Shown here: positions 54,313 to 63,844 of the stretch, one piece after another | Layout of the letters: each line of letters begins with the position of its first letter | Numbering within the stretch: the first letter of the stretch is position 1 | Origin: an uncultured Candidatus Saccharibacteria bacterium | GTDB taxonomy: Bacteria > Patescibacteriota > Minisyncoccia > Phycocordibacterales > UBA918 | DNA length: 64,000 nucleotides | Reading direction: 5' to 3' | Assembly (NCBI GenBank): GCA_964353135.1 | Contig: CAYGTV010000004.1 | Span: 3,963-67,962, forward strand | Made by a program: the position numbers and the translations under genes | The notes under the pieces: model-generated | Databases searched by the model: none | Told to the model about the DNA's origin: nothing | The model's input: the letters and a program-made list of their open reading frames with translations, nothing else

Positions 54313-56100
54313 ATGTCACAAGAAATCCGTAACATCGCTATTATCGCCCACGTAGACCATGGGAAAACCACTCTGACCGACGGTCTGATGGAATTTACCG
54401 GTGACCGTATTGGTGATGCTTCAATGGACAACAACGCCATCGAGCAAGAACGCGGGATCACTATCTACGCGAAAAACACCTCTGTGACGTACAAAGACAC
54501 CAAAATCAACATCGTGGACACTCCTGGTCACGCCGACTTTGGATCAGAAGTAGAGCGAGTGCTGCGAAGTATCGACAGTGTGTTGCTTGTCGTGGACGCG
54601 CAGGAGGGGCCAATGCCACAAACCCGGTTCGTGCTGAAAAAGTCACTGGAACTAGGCCTCAAGCCAATCGTGATCATCAACAAGATCGACAAACCAGCCG
54701 CTGATCCTGACAAATGTGAGGAACAGGTACTGGAACTCTTTCTAGAACTAGGAGCTGACGACGAGCAGTCTGATTTTGAAGTGGTATACGCCATCGGGCG
54801 AGACGGAAAGGCAAAACGAAAACTAGAAGATGAGATGGTAGACCTTTCACCAGTACTAGACTGTATCCTTGAAACTGTACCAGCAGCTAAAGGGTATGCA
54901 GAAGGCGACGCCCTACGCGCACAGGTATTTAACCTTGGGTACGACAACTTCCTCGGGCGACTAGCGGTTGCGCGTATCTACGAAGGAATGGTAAAGAAAG
55001 GGCAGTCACTTTTCATCAAAATGGAAGGTTCTGACGAGGTGAAAAAAGGGAAGGTAGTCAAAATGTCTGGCTACAAAGGTGTATCACAGGTGGAGCTTGA
55101 CGAAGCGTTTGCTGGAGACATCGTTCTGATTGCTGGACTTGAAGACATCAATATTGGTGAGACACTGACAGACAACGAAGCGGCAGAACCACTGACAGCC
55201 ATCCACGTTGATGAGCCAACCATCGGTATGCAGTTCTTGGTGAACTCTTCACCGTTTGCTGGACGAGAAGGAAAATACGTAACTTCACGACAAATCGCGG
55301 AACGACTAGAAAAAGAGCTAGAAATTAACGTTGGACTACAGGTTGAATTTAGTGGGGACGTGATGGAAGTATACGGACGTGGAGAAATGCACATCGCGGT
55401 GTTGCTCGAAAACATGCGACGAGAAGGGTACGAATTATCAGTGTCACAGCCACAGGTAATCGTCAAAGAAATTGACGGTGTGAAATCAGAACCGTTTGAA
55501 GAAGTAACGATCGACATCCCAGGAGAATTCCAAGGACCCGTGATCGAACGACTCTCAAACCGTGGATTCATCATGCAAAACATGATCACACATGGTGACC
55601 AGGTGCGACTTCTATTTGAAGGACCAACTCGAGGGCTACTCGGATACAAAAACCAATTTGTGGTAGACACCAAGGGTGAAGGAATCCTCGCTTCACAAGT
55701 GATCGGTTTCCGACCATACGCTGGTGAAATCAAGAAACGAAAGGCTGGATCAATGATCTCGATGGCATCAGGAAAAGCGCTTGGCTTCTCACTGGCCAAC
55801 CTACAAACACGAGGAGAAATGTACATCGAAGCTGGAACTGAAGTCTACGAAGGAATGGTAGTTGGAAACACCAGTAAGGGGGAAGAAATGATGGTAAACC
55901 CAACTAAAGGAAAGCAGCTGACCAACATGCGATCATCAGGTAACGACGAAGCGATCAACCTGATCAATCCAAAAGTCATCTCAATTGAAACCGGACTAGA
56001 AATCATGGCTGAAGATGAATATCTAGAAGTCTGCCCAGTATCAGTTCGACTTCGAAAGAAGTATCTGAAGGAAAGCGAACGAAAGAACGCCCCTAAATAG
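54313..56100 (+). CDS. typA: translational GTPase TypA/BipA
   Basis: IRNIAIIAHVDHGKTTLTD, DTPGHADF and NKIDK G-motifs. 595 aa with the BipA C-terminal domain. Confidence 0.9.
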   Translation: MSQEIRNIAIIAHVDHGKTTLTDGLMEFTGDRIGDASMDNNAIEQERGITIYAKNTSVTYKDTKINIVDTPGHADFGSEVERVLRSIDSVLLVVDAQEGPMPQTRFVLKKSLELGLKPIVIINKIDKPAADPDKCEEQVLELFLELGADDEQSDFEVVYAIGRDGKAKRKLEDEMVDLSPVLDCILETVPAAKGYAEGDALRAQVFNLGYDNFLGRLAVARIYEGMVKKGQSLFIKMEGSDEVKKGKVVKMSGYKGVSQVELDEAFAGDIVLIAGLEDINIGETLTDNEAAEPLTAIHVDEPTIGMQFLVNSSPFAGREGKYVTSRQIAERLEKELEINVGLQVEFSGDVMEVYGRGEMHIAVLLENMRREGYELSVSQPQVIVKEIDGVKSEPFEEVTIDIPGEFQGPVIERLSNRGFIMQNMITHGDQVRLLFEGPTRGLLGYKNQFVVDTKGEGILASQVIGFRPYAGEIKKRKAGSMISMASGKALGFSLANLQTRGEMYIEAGTEVYEGMVVGNTSKGEEMMVNPTKGKQLTNMRSSGNDEAINLINPKVISIETGLEIMAEDEYLEVCPVSVRLRKKYLKESERKNAPK

Positions 56101-56111
56101 TAGATAACAAA

Positions 56112-56142
56112 AAGAAAAGCCCGCAAGGGCTTTTCTTTTTTG
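56112..56142 (+). terminator. rho-independent terminator
   Basis: aaaagccc-gcaa-gggctttt followed by CTTTTTTG. Confidence 0.8.
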
Positions 56143-56189
56143 CAGCGACGCGTTACAGTTTATGTGATCCATAGAAAGGGGAGTACACA

Positions 56190-56372
56190 ATGTCTTCATG
56201 GGGTAAATCATACGCCGATCGTAAGCGTTCCTTAAGGCGCATTCGACAATCAGCGAAAAATCATCGAATTCGCAAAATTCAGACTATCGCTGCAAACCTA
56301 CAGCGACATGATAAGAATCACCCAAACACTGCCGGAATATATAGTAGAATCGAAGCCCGTCGGAAATTCTAG
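56190..56372 (+). CDS. small basic protein (possible ribosome-associated; S20-like N-terminal pattern, uncertain)
   Basis: 60 aa, very basic (KRSLRRIRQSAKNHRIRKIQ). It has its own RBS (AAAGGGGAG) and a downstream terminator hairpin at 56400-56443. Confidence 0.45.
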   Translation: MSSWGKSYADRKRSLRRIRQSAKNHRIRKIQTIAANLQRHDKNHPNTAGIYSRIEARRKF

Positions 56373-56461
56373 CTTCTCAAGCAGTGCAATTACGCAATAG
56401 CGGGCCGGAATCGACAGGGGTCGATTCCGGCCCTTGTTTATTAATTTGCTATACTCAACTC

Positions 56462-57190
56462 ATGAATTGGTTTCTTTGGGTACTGGTAGGGATTGGAATT
56501 ATTGGAACTGTATTGTTTATGACTGGCTGGTGGCGGTATGGCTTGACTGGGTATTTGATCGCTCGGGTGACACCGTATGAACAGCTGGGTGGTGGAGCTG
56601 GGTCGATTTTGTTTGTTGGCGATAGTACTGGATACGGAACTGGAGCGAGTCGGTCAGATGAGTCAGTGGCTGGGCGTCTGGGTAATGACTATACCTGGTA
56701 CACAATCACTAACAACAGCTCTAACGGACGTACAATCGCTGGTGCACAAGAGGTAGTTGATGGTTTGAGCGTAGATGATCGATACAACTTAATCGTCTTT
56801 CAAATTGGTGCCAACGACATGTTGGGCGGAGCGTCAGCCACTGAAACTGTACAGCGGATGCAGAGCTTGATTGAATCTGCTCGTCTGTACGCTAACAACA
56901 TCATTGTGCTTACCTGCGGAAACCTCGGTGGACCAATGATTTTCCAGGGCAAGGATGGTACAAAGCTGACCAACACCTCACGATCTTACGATGATCTAAT
57001 GATAGAAATGGTGCGTCAATTCCAGGGCGTCTCGTTTGTGCCACTGTTCAATGAGCCGGAGTATGACCCATTTCTCGCAGAGCCACGTAAGCACACTGCT
57101 ATCGATGGTCTGCATCCAACCAGCGCTGGCTATGGTATTTGGTACAGCAAAGCCAAGCCGTATTTTGACGCTGTTTTAGAGCAACAGTAA
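56462..57190 (+). CDS. SGNH/GDSL hydrolase family protein
   Basis: N-terminal TM helix, block I (ILFVGDSTGYG), block III (VFQIGANDM) and DGLHPT (block V). The start is set at MNWFLW, because the longer ORF crosses the upstream terminator. Confidence 0.7.
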   Translation: MNWFLWVLVGIGIIGTVLFMTGWWRYGLTGYLIARVTPYEQLGGGAGSILFVGDSTGYGTGASRSDESVAGRLGNDYTWYTITNNSSNGRTIAGAQEVVDGLSVDDRYNLIVFQIGANDMLGGASATETVQRMQSLIESARLYANNIIVLTCGNLGGPMIFQGKDGTKLTNTSRSYDDLMIEMVRQFQGVSFVPLFNEPEYDPFLAEPRKHTAIDGLHPTSAGYGIWYSKAKPYFDAVLEQQ

Positions 57191-57237
57191 ACATTAATAA
57201 TTAAAAACGGCGCCTATGGCAAGGCACCGTTTACAAT

Positions 57238-57573
57238 TTATTGACCGTTCCAAATATAATCAGGTTCACCTTCTCCAGTAGGAAAAAAACTCACCTTCCT
57301 CCAAAATGGAGTCGCGTCGTCTGCCACTCCTTCAGCAATGAGCCGCAGTTGCGTGTCGCGACTCCATTCTTTAAAAGCTTTCACAACACATGTTCCAACC
57401 TGTAGGTGTTTGTTGCAGGGATCAAAAGACTGTAGCCATTTGATCACAGCAGCATCGTGGATCAGTTTATAATTTACTACAAAAAGTGGTGTTTCAATTA
57501 CATTGAATGTTTGAGTTGGTGTAATTGTTGCTGGAAATCCCGTGTATTTTTCCATATAGGTATCTAGTGACAT
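57238..57573 (-). CDS. hypothetical protein
   Basis: 111-aa ORF with no recognisable family. Confidence 0.4.
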   Translation of the reverse strand: MSLDTYMEKYTGFPATITPTQTFNVIETPLFVVNYKLIHDAAVIKWLQSFDPCNKHLQVGTCVVKAFKEWSRDTQLRLIAEGVADDATPFWRKVSFFPTGEGEPDYIWNGQ

Positions 57574-57768
57574 AAGAACTCCTCCGTCAGCTTGGTTGAT
57601 GATGCCAGATATGTAATAAAAAATAAAGTTTATTTAAATGATTCGCTGTATTCATTTATTCAAATCGATTATTGTTTTTGTTTAGCTCTCTGCTACACGA
57701 AAGCCGAGCCGTAATATGACGCTGTTCTAGAGCAGCGCTAGCAGGTGAAACTACAAAGGCCGAGATCA

Positions 57769-58155
57769 TTACAATCTCGGCCTTCTTAGGTTTATGTTCC
57801 ACCAGACTCCACTCTTCCCAATAACACAAAATCCACGACGTTTCCAATATCCGACTGCTTCTGGTAGAACGTCGTGAAGCATGATTGATCCATAACCATG
57901 TGTCTGAGATACATGCTTGAGCGAGTTGATAATATCACTCCCTATTCCATTTCGCTGAATTTGAGGTCTAACAAAAAGCCGTTTTATCATGATGCCGTCC
58001 GGCTGCCACGCTACCTCTAGTTCAAATGGACGGCTGCAGTCATCATACTTTTCTTTTTTGTAGAGAAGATTGGTTTCGTTGATGTGGTCTGGCTGACAGT
58101 CAGCAAAAGTTAGTCTGTTTGTTGCTTGATAAAGCAAACTTGGAAATTCTCTCAT
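57769..58155 (-). CDS. GNAT family N-acetyltransferase
   Basis: Motif A (RPQIQRNGIGSDII) and a YWKRRGF C-terminal region. Confidence 0.65.
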   Translation of the reverse strand: MREFPSLLYQATNRLTFADCQPDHINETNLLYKKEKYDDCSRPFELEVAWQPDGIMIKRLFVRPQIQRNGIGSDIINSLKHVSQTHGYGSIMLHDVLPEAVGYWKRRGFCVIGKSGVWWNINLRRPRL

Positions 58156-58288
58156 TTTGATGTTCCTGAACTGAAGGGACTGAATTTTGTAGTTTAGAGT
58201 ACGACTTTAATATTAAAATGCAAGGTTTTTATCAATAAAGCTAGAAAATGAGTTAGTTTACTGTATACTGTGCCTTTATATATTTATA

Positions 58289-59245
58289 ATGGATTACCTC
58301 ATACCCCTAGCCTTAGTGTTACTTTCTGGATTATTTTCCGGGTTAACGCTAGGGCTCCTCTCACTTGATTCACAATCACTGCGGCGCCGTGCAAAACACG
58401 GTGACGCTGACGCAGCTATCATTTACCCAGTTCGCCTTAAGGGTAACTTGCTACTCACTACTTTGCTGCTTGGAAACGTGGCGGTCAACACGACGTTGTC
58501 GATTTTTCTGACAAACGTTGCCTCTGGTGTAGTCGCTGGGTTGTTGGCGACTACTCTTATCGTTCTCTTTGGAGAAATCATTCCACAGGCAGTTATTTCT
58601 CGTTACGCATTGTGGTTTGGTGCGCGAACCATCTGGTTTACTAAACTGGCACTATTTCTAGCGTATCCAATCGCGTGGCCGATTGCTAAACTGCTCGATA
58701 AAGCCCTGGGCTCAGAGCTGCCTACGACCTATTCGCATAAAGAGCTGATGGATATTATCTCTGAACACGAGGACTCGGAACACAGTCCAATCGACGGGGA
58801 TGAGGAGCGAATCATGCATGGCGCCTTGCAGTTTTCACACCGTCAGGTCCAAGAAGTGATGACTCCAGCAGCACAGGTTGTGTCCTATGACGAAAACGCG
58901 ACTCTAAACGATCAGATGCTGGCAGAAATTAATGACCATGGCTACTCACGTTTGCCGGTGTATAGCGGGGAAGAGTCAAACGTAGTTGGGATTATGTACG
59001 TCAAAGACCTCATCATCGAAAAAGACGACGTTAAAATCAAACACACCGAATCAGCTTTTGATAATGAGTATCTAACGGTACAAAGTACGGCCTTGCTCGA
59101 CACAGTGTTGGGGCGGATGTTGAAGTCCAAGCAACACTTGGCAATTGTAAAAAACCGTAACAAGCAGTTTGTCGGTGTGATTTCACTCGAAGACATCATC
59201 GAAGAAATTATCCAGCAAGAAATCGAGGATGAGGATGATGTCTAG
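58289..59245 (+). CDS. CNNM/CorC-HlyC family protein (DUF21 TM domain + CBS pair)
   Basis: An N-terminal four-TM DUF21 domain (LSGLFSGLTLGLLSLD), a tandem CBS domain and an acidic C-terminus. Confidence 0.75.
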   Translation: MDYLIPLALVLLSGLFSGLTLGLLSLDSQSLRRRAKHGDADAAIIYPVRLKGNLLLTTLLLGNVAVNTTLSIFLTNVASGVVAGLLATTLIVLFGEIIPQAVISRYALWFGARTIWFTKLALFLAYPIAWPIAKLLDKALGSELPTTYSHKELMDIISEHEDSEHSPIDGDEERIMHGALQFSHRQVQEVMTPAAQVVSYDENATLNDQMLAEINDHGYSRLPVYSGEESNVVGIMYVKDLIIEKDDVKIKHTESAFDNEYLTVQSTALLDTVLGRMLKSKQHLAIVKNRNKQFVGVISLEDIIEEIIQQEIEDEDDV

Positions 59246-59271
59246 CTGATTTACTACGCTAATATGGATAC

Positions 59272-59808
59272 GTGGTAGACTGGAGTATGAAACTATTCGG
59301 TCTACTGTCGTTGGTACTGGCGTTATCTGTATCTATTTGGATATATAACAATAGCGTTACATATATTGGGACGGGAGATGACACTTCGCTTGAACAGCAA
59401 GGTATACCAGATATCCTAGAGTCAGCCCAAACCGCCGCTGATCAACTGGGCACATCAGGACGTCAGGTTACTATCTACGATGGTATCTCGGTACCAGTCA
59501 ACAGTACGCTGGTCGATCTCTCTGGCCGCGGTTTGAGTGGATCACTGAAAGCTGAAATTCGCCTGCTTAGTAACCTACGGACGCTCGACCTGAGTAACAA
59601 CAACTTTACCGGCCTACCAGCCGAAGTTGGTCAGCTGACAAGTCTCGAAAATATCAATCTGTCCAATAATCCACTGACTGGATTACCAAATGAACTAGCG
59701 AATCTTACCAATCTGAAAACTCTCGATTTACTAGGCACGCAGTATTCAGAGCAGGATCTAGCAATAATCGAAGCTGGTCTGCCAGCTACTACAGTGATAT
59801 TGAAGTAG
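59272..59808 (+). CDS. leucine-rich repeat protein (membrane-anchored)
   Basis: N-terminal TM helix and about four LRRs (LSNLRTLDLSNNNFTGLP, LTSLENINLSNNPLTGLP, LTNLKTLDLLG). Confidence 0.65.
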   Translation: MVDWSMKLFGLLSLVLALSVSIWIYNNSVTYIGTGDDTSLEQQGIPDILESAQTAADQLGTSGRQVTIYDGISVPVNSTLVDLSGRGLSGSLKAEIRLLSNLRTLDLSNNNFTGLPAEVGQLTSLENINLSNNPLTGLPNELANLTNLKTLDLLGTQYSEQDLAIIEAGLPATTVILK

Positions 59809-59871
59809 ATATTTTAAAATGCTGTTTGCTGTGCTAAGTTAAGGTCAGAGTTCATAGTTAGGGAGGCTGAC

Positions 59872-60408
59872 ATGGCACATCTCAAGAAAAGACACCGCGA
59901 TGCAATTAAAAACCTCAGTGCAGAAATTTTTATCGCTTGCTTTTGCGCACACAACAACATCCCGTCTGACGGGCAAAGGCGTGGCCCAAAAAAGTCTGAC
60001 CCGGTAAAGAAGATTTGGTTTGGCTATATGCATTCCGATGGTATCGGAGATCACTCCTTTGCTGGCGGTTTTCCTGAAATCAAACCCGCCAAACGCCCTG
60101 ACTGGTATGACGTCCAGGTTGTCGGCATTGGCAATGGCTATAAAGCATTTTCTGTTGTATTTGAGGTCTATGCAAGGGATGCTTCATTGCAGTTGGACGA
60201 TACTCATGAATCAAACGTAAACTTTGCTTCATGGGACATTAGTGACAAATACGAATACTCAAATACTCCGCGTATTACACAGCAGCTTTACAAGGTCTCG
60301 CTTTATCCAATACTCGCTGTTCTAGTCGAGGTGATTCCTCCAGCTAAGGACCAAGAGGCTGACGAACTTGTTGGCTTTCATCTGAAAAAGACAGGACGAC
60401 TGCTGTGA
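59872..60408 (+). CDS. hypothetical protein
   Basis: 178-aa ORF followed by a terminator at 60421-60452. Confidence 0.45.
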   Translation: MAHLKKRHRDAIKNLSAEIFIACFCAHNNIPSDGQRRGPKKSDPVKKIWFGYMHSDGIGDHSFAGGFPEIKPAKRPDWYDVQVVGIGNGYKAFSVVFEVYARDASLQLDDTHESNVNFASWDISDKYEYSNTPRITQQLYKVSLYPILAVLVEVIPPAKDQEADELVGFHLKKTGRLL

Positions 60409-60420
60409 TTGTTTTTTGTT

Positions 60421-60452
60421 TAAAGGGCCGCAATTCATGCGGCCCTTTTGAT
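60421..60452 (+). terminator. rho-independent terminator
   Basis: aaagggccgc-aattcat-gcggccctttt followed by GAT. Confidence 0.7.
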
Positions 60453-60463
60453 ATACTAATTAC

Positions 60464-60652
60464 ATGAAAACAATTACGTGTCTTGATTGTGAAGAGCAGT
60501 TTAGCGGGAATCTGCCAGAGGAAGTGATGGAGTCTATGATGATACATTACATGGAGGATCATCATGACTTGCTTGACCCAGAGGCCGAAGAACCTCGAGA
60601 CGGCTGGTTTGTTGAGTTTAATGAACGCTGGGATACTGCTCTAGAAGAGTAA
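60464..60652 (+). CDS. small acidic protein (DUF1059-like metal-binding pattern, uncertain)
   Basis: 62 aa with a CxxC motif (CLDCEEQF) and a His cluster (HYMEDHH). Confidence 0.4.
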   Translation: MKTITCLDCEEQFSGNLPEEVMESMMIHYMEDHHDLLDPEAEEPRDGWFVEFNERWDTALEE

Positions 60653-60682
60653 GATCCACTATCCTCACACGTCATCTGCTAT

Positions 60683-61279
60683 ATGTATATGAAACAAATA
60701 TCATTATTTTTACTATTGTTAGTATTGGTCAGTATAGCGCTGCCGCAGTCAGCGGCAGCTCTGAGTTGTCTTGATCCAGCGAGCTCAATTGAGTACTACA
60801 TTAGCGAAGAGCAAAACACCATTTTTACTGCAACAGCAGGAGATACCGTTGAGCACATAACCCAAAAAGCCAGCACCGACGGTGATCCAAATATGCAGTA
60901 CAACGCTGGTTATGTCGGTCAGTTCGTCACAGTTTCAGAAGTGTACAAAGGAAGCTCTGAAGCGCAGAAGTGGGTCTATTACAATGTAAACGGCACCTGG
61001 GGCTATATGTGTACCAATCAACCTCCAGCCGTTGGAGCTACCGCTTTGTACGTAGTAAACAATGGTACTGGTACTTTTGATTTGCCAACCGTAGTGCAAG
61101 TATTTGAGGTCGACTCTGAGTATGCAAAGCAACTGTTGGCTGGTTTGACTGATAGTGAAGGGTATCTACAAGAAACTACTGCAGATAATTGGAAAGAAGA
61201 CCTCGGTCAGACACTAAGAGAGATGGTAACTATTCTGCGAATCAAGCTAGCTGAATGGCGATTTTGGGGTAGTCAGTAG
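60683..61279 (+). CDS. hypothetical secreted protein
   Basis: Signal peptide (ISLFLLLLVLVSIALPQSAAA). Confidence 0.5.
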   Translation: MYMKQISLFLLLLVLVSIALPQSAAALSCLDPASSIEYYISEEQNTIFTATAGDTVEHITQKASTDGDPNMQYNAGYVGQFVTVSEVYKGSSEAQKWVYYNVNGTWGYMCTNQPPAVGATALYVVNNGTGTFDLPTVVQVFEVDSEYAKQLLAGLTDSEGYLQETTADNWKEDLGQTLREMVTILRIKLAEWRFWGSQ

Positions 61280-61281
61280 GT

Positions 61282-62424
61282 ATGGCTATAAAAGCTGAAC
61301 CGACATTCTCTCTCAAGGATCACCTGTTTAACGAAGCGAAAGTTCGGCTTATAGCGGACGAAATTGCTTGTGTGTATCCAGCGTTTCAAACCAAGGTATT
61401 TGTAGCCACGGTTACTAAAAAGTTTCCGGAGCTTGAACTGATGGAGCGATTATATTGGATCCGGGATTGTCTGCGAGACTTTTTGCCAGAAGACTATCAG
61501 ACAGCAGCAACGATTCTAGTGGAATCACTGCCAGCCCCGTGTGACCCGACTCTGACCGACGATGATTTTGGTGATTTTATCTATGGCCCGTACGGAGCAT
61601 TTGTTGCGGAATACGGTTGCACTAAACAAGATGTACAGTTCTCAATCCGTGCGTTGCACGAAATGACCAAGCGTTTTTCCGTCGAATTTCCAATCCGCAC
61701 GTTTATCAATGCGTTTCCAAAAGAAACAATGGATTTTTTATTGGGCTGTACTACAGACAAGCATTACCATGTCAGGCGTTTGGCTAGCGAGGGAACCAGA
61801 CCAAAACTACCTTGGGCCAAGAAAATAACTATTTTTCACACTGACCCGCTTCCAATCCTTGATTTGTTACATAGCGATCCAACTCGCTATGTCACTCGAT
61901 CGGTTGCCAACCACCTCAATGACATTGCAAAAATTGACCCAGATGTAGTGATAACAACCCTTAAGCGATGGCAACAGTCAGGCAAGCAAAGCGACGCAGA
62001 GATGAGGTTTATCACCAGACACAGTTTGCGCACACTGGAAAAACAAGGGCACACCCAAGCGCTCAAAATGCTTGGTTATAGTAAACCGGAAATACAGCTT
62101 GAAAATATAAAAATCCACACCAACGAGGTGACAATTGGTAACGCGCTTCAATTCAGTTTTTCAGTTACCTCTACCGCCCACAAACCACAAACTCTGCTGA
62201 TTGATTATCACCTTTACTTTCAAAAGAAAGCCGGGGAGTTGGCGCCAAAAACGTTCAAGATAGCTAAAACGAGCATTAATCCAGGTGAAACGCTCAGTTT
62301 CTCTAAACAACAGCCGTTACGTCCGATGACTACCAGAGTCCTATATCCAGGTAAGCATGAGGTAGAATTACAGATCAATGGTACTACCTACCCGCGAAAG
62401 AAATTTATCCTCACTGCGTCATAA
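61282..62424 (+). CDS. DNA alkylation repair enzyme (AlkD/AlkC-like HEAT repeats) with about 130-aa C-terminal extension
   Basis: YHVRRLASEGTRPKLPW and DPTRYVTRSVANHLND. The last roughly 130 residues (beta-rich) are not part of the canonical AlkD fold. Confidence 0.65.
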   Translation: MAIKAEPTFSLKDHLFNEAKVRLIADEIACVYPAFQTKVFVATVTKKFPELELMERLYWIRDCLRDFLPEDYQTAATILVESLPAPCDPTLTDDDFGDFIYGPYGAFVAEYGCTKQDVQFSIRALHEMTKRFSVEFPIRTFINAFPKETMDFLLGCTTDKHYHVRRLASEGTRPKLPWAKKITIFHTDPLPILDLLHSDPTRYVTRSVANHLNDIAKIDPDVVITTLKRWQQSGKQSDAEMRFITRHSLRTLEKQGHTQALKMLGYSKPEIQLENIKIHTNEVTIGNALQFSFSVTSTAHKPQTLLIDYHLYFQKKAGELAPKTFKIAKTSINPGETLSFSKQQPLRPMTTRVLYPGKHEVELQINGTTYPRKKFILTAS

Positions 62425-62431
62425 AAACTAT

Positions 62432-63427
62432 ATGAAATATATTACCCTCTTGTTTATCGCCGTACTTCCAATTACTACCTTTGCTAGTCATAATGATCGC
62501 GAACGTGCCCCTATGGGGGGCGACGCCGTCGATTCGTTTGCTATACCGGTTCTGTTTGCTTTGGACATTGACCAAGTTACACCAGATTTTGGTGCCCCTC
62601 GTGGTGGTGGTACTCGTACTCACGAAGGACAAGACTTTATAGCACCAAAAGGTACTCCGATTGTCTCACCGACTAAGGCTATAGTAACCAGTAAGGGGAC
62701 AGGTTCAAGTGCCGGTAAATACGTATACACGGCTAACCCTGGTGGTGAATCATTTCGTTACATGCACCTAGATGAGATTGCTGACATTGATGTTGGTGAC
62801 AGGCTGTCAGTTGGTGATTACATCGGTACTGTCGGTGACACTGGAAATGCACCAGAAGGTGTCTATCACTTACACTTTGAAACCCTTGATGAAGATCGGA
62901 CCCCAATTGACCCATACCCACGGATTACTGATGAATTTACGCTAGAAGACCAAATCGAGTTTCTCGATGATGTCTTTTCAAAACGTCGAGACGATGACAA
63001 ATACGCCACGTTTTTAGTTGAAACGTTTCCAGATGTATTCAGGCAAGCACTGGCAGAAGATATCGATTTACCTCGGGCAATTGATCGTGCGTTAGAAGGT
63101 ACTGATATAGCAGAATCGATCAATGAATTGGAATCAGTTCAAAAACTGATTGAATCTATTCCATCTTTGTTGCCAATTGAAATTAAGACCGGTGATAGTG
63201 GAGCAACCGTTGCTCTGTTGCAAATTTATCTTATTTACGGTTCAGAAGGACCGGCGCGCGACCAATTAGCGGCTGCTGGCCCAACTGGATACTACGGTTC
63301 GATTACAGCTGCAGCGGTAGAAGAGTTGCAGGATGAAGAGCGGATAAGTGAATCAGGTGTCTATGACACAAAAACGCATCTAGTGTTTGCTGACCGTACA
63401 ATTGAGCGTTTGAACCTAGGTTTATAG
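62432..63427 (+). CDS. M23 family metallopeptidase with C-terminal peptidoglycan-binding-like domain
   Basis: Signal peptide, HEGQDF...GDTGNAPEGVYHLHFE (the M23 HxxxD / HxH pattern) and a C-terminal PG_binding_1-like segment (GDSGATVALLQIYLI). Confidence 0.75.
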   Translation: MKYITLLFIAVLPITTFASHNDRERAPMGGDAVDSFAIPVLFALDIDQVTPDFGAPRGGGTRTHEGQDFIAPKGTPIVSPTKAIVTSKGTGSSAGKYVYTANPGGESFRYMHLDEIADIDVGDRLSVGDYIGTVGDTGNAPEGVYHLHFETLDEDRTPIDPYPRITDEFTLEDQIEFLDDVFSKRRDDDKYATFLVETFPDVFRQALAEDIDLPRAIDRALEGTDIAESINELESVQKLIESIPSLLPIEIKTGDSGATVALLQIYLIYGSEGPARDQLAAAGPTGYYGSITAAAVEELQDEERISESGVYDTKTHLVFADRTIERLNLGL

Positions 63428-63475
63428 TGATGAAACAAACAATACCCCCTAGATTTCTCCAGGAGGTATTCACAA

Positions 63476-63844
63476 TTAAGGCAGATCTAGCACTTGGCAT
63501 TGAGTAGCCAAAAAGTGCTTTTGGGCCTTGGCATACGCTGCACGTACAGCAAACCCTCGATCATACGCCCGTGTTGCAAAGCTGTCAGGCGTAGCTTCAG
63601 CACAATATAGTGCAATCAAATTCATATCAATTGGACCGCTACGATAATATTGACGCGGATTGATGTCTTGGCAGGTTGGGCACTGTTCCAGTGCTTTATC
63701 CAATGCTTCGGTTTCAGATGCAGCTTGCGCATAACCAATTTCACCAGCTGGGCTAATCACAACGGCGTGATGACTTTGCGCCTCCGCAACGCTCGTGAAA
63801 AGCAGGCTGTAAAACAGCACGATCAGCAGATTTCGAACGTTCAT
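63476..63844 (-). CDS. hypothetical secreted protein (4 Cys; DUF4189-like pattern)
   Basis: Signal peptide (LLIVLFYSLLFTSVAEA) and a CPTC...C...C arrangement. Confidence 0.45.
   Translation of the reverse strand: MNVRNLLIVLFYSLLFTSVAEAQSHHAVVISPAGEIGYAQAASETEALDKALEQCPTCQDINPRQYYRSGPIDMNLIALYCAEATPDSFATRAYDRGFAVRAAYAKAQKHFLATQCQVLDLP

Noticed and set aside
55071-55826. 251-aa minus-strand ORF inside typA
   Set aside because: It is antisense to typA/bipA, which is unambiguous, and has a Ser/Pro-rich shadow composition.
56384-56461. Longer N-terminus for the SGNH hydrolase (start 56384)
   Set aside because: The upstream portion crosses the terminator hairpin of the preceding small gene (56400-56443). 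The start at MNWFLW (56462) gives a proper N-terminal TM helix.
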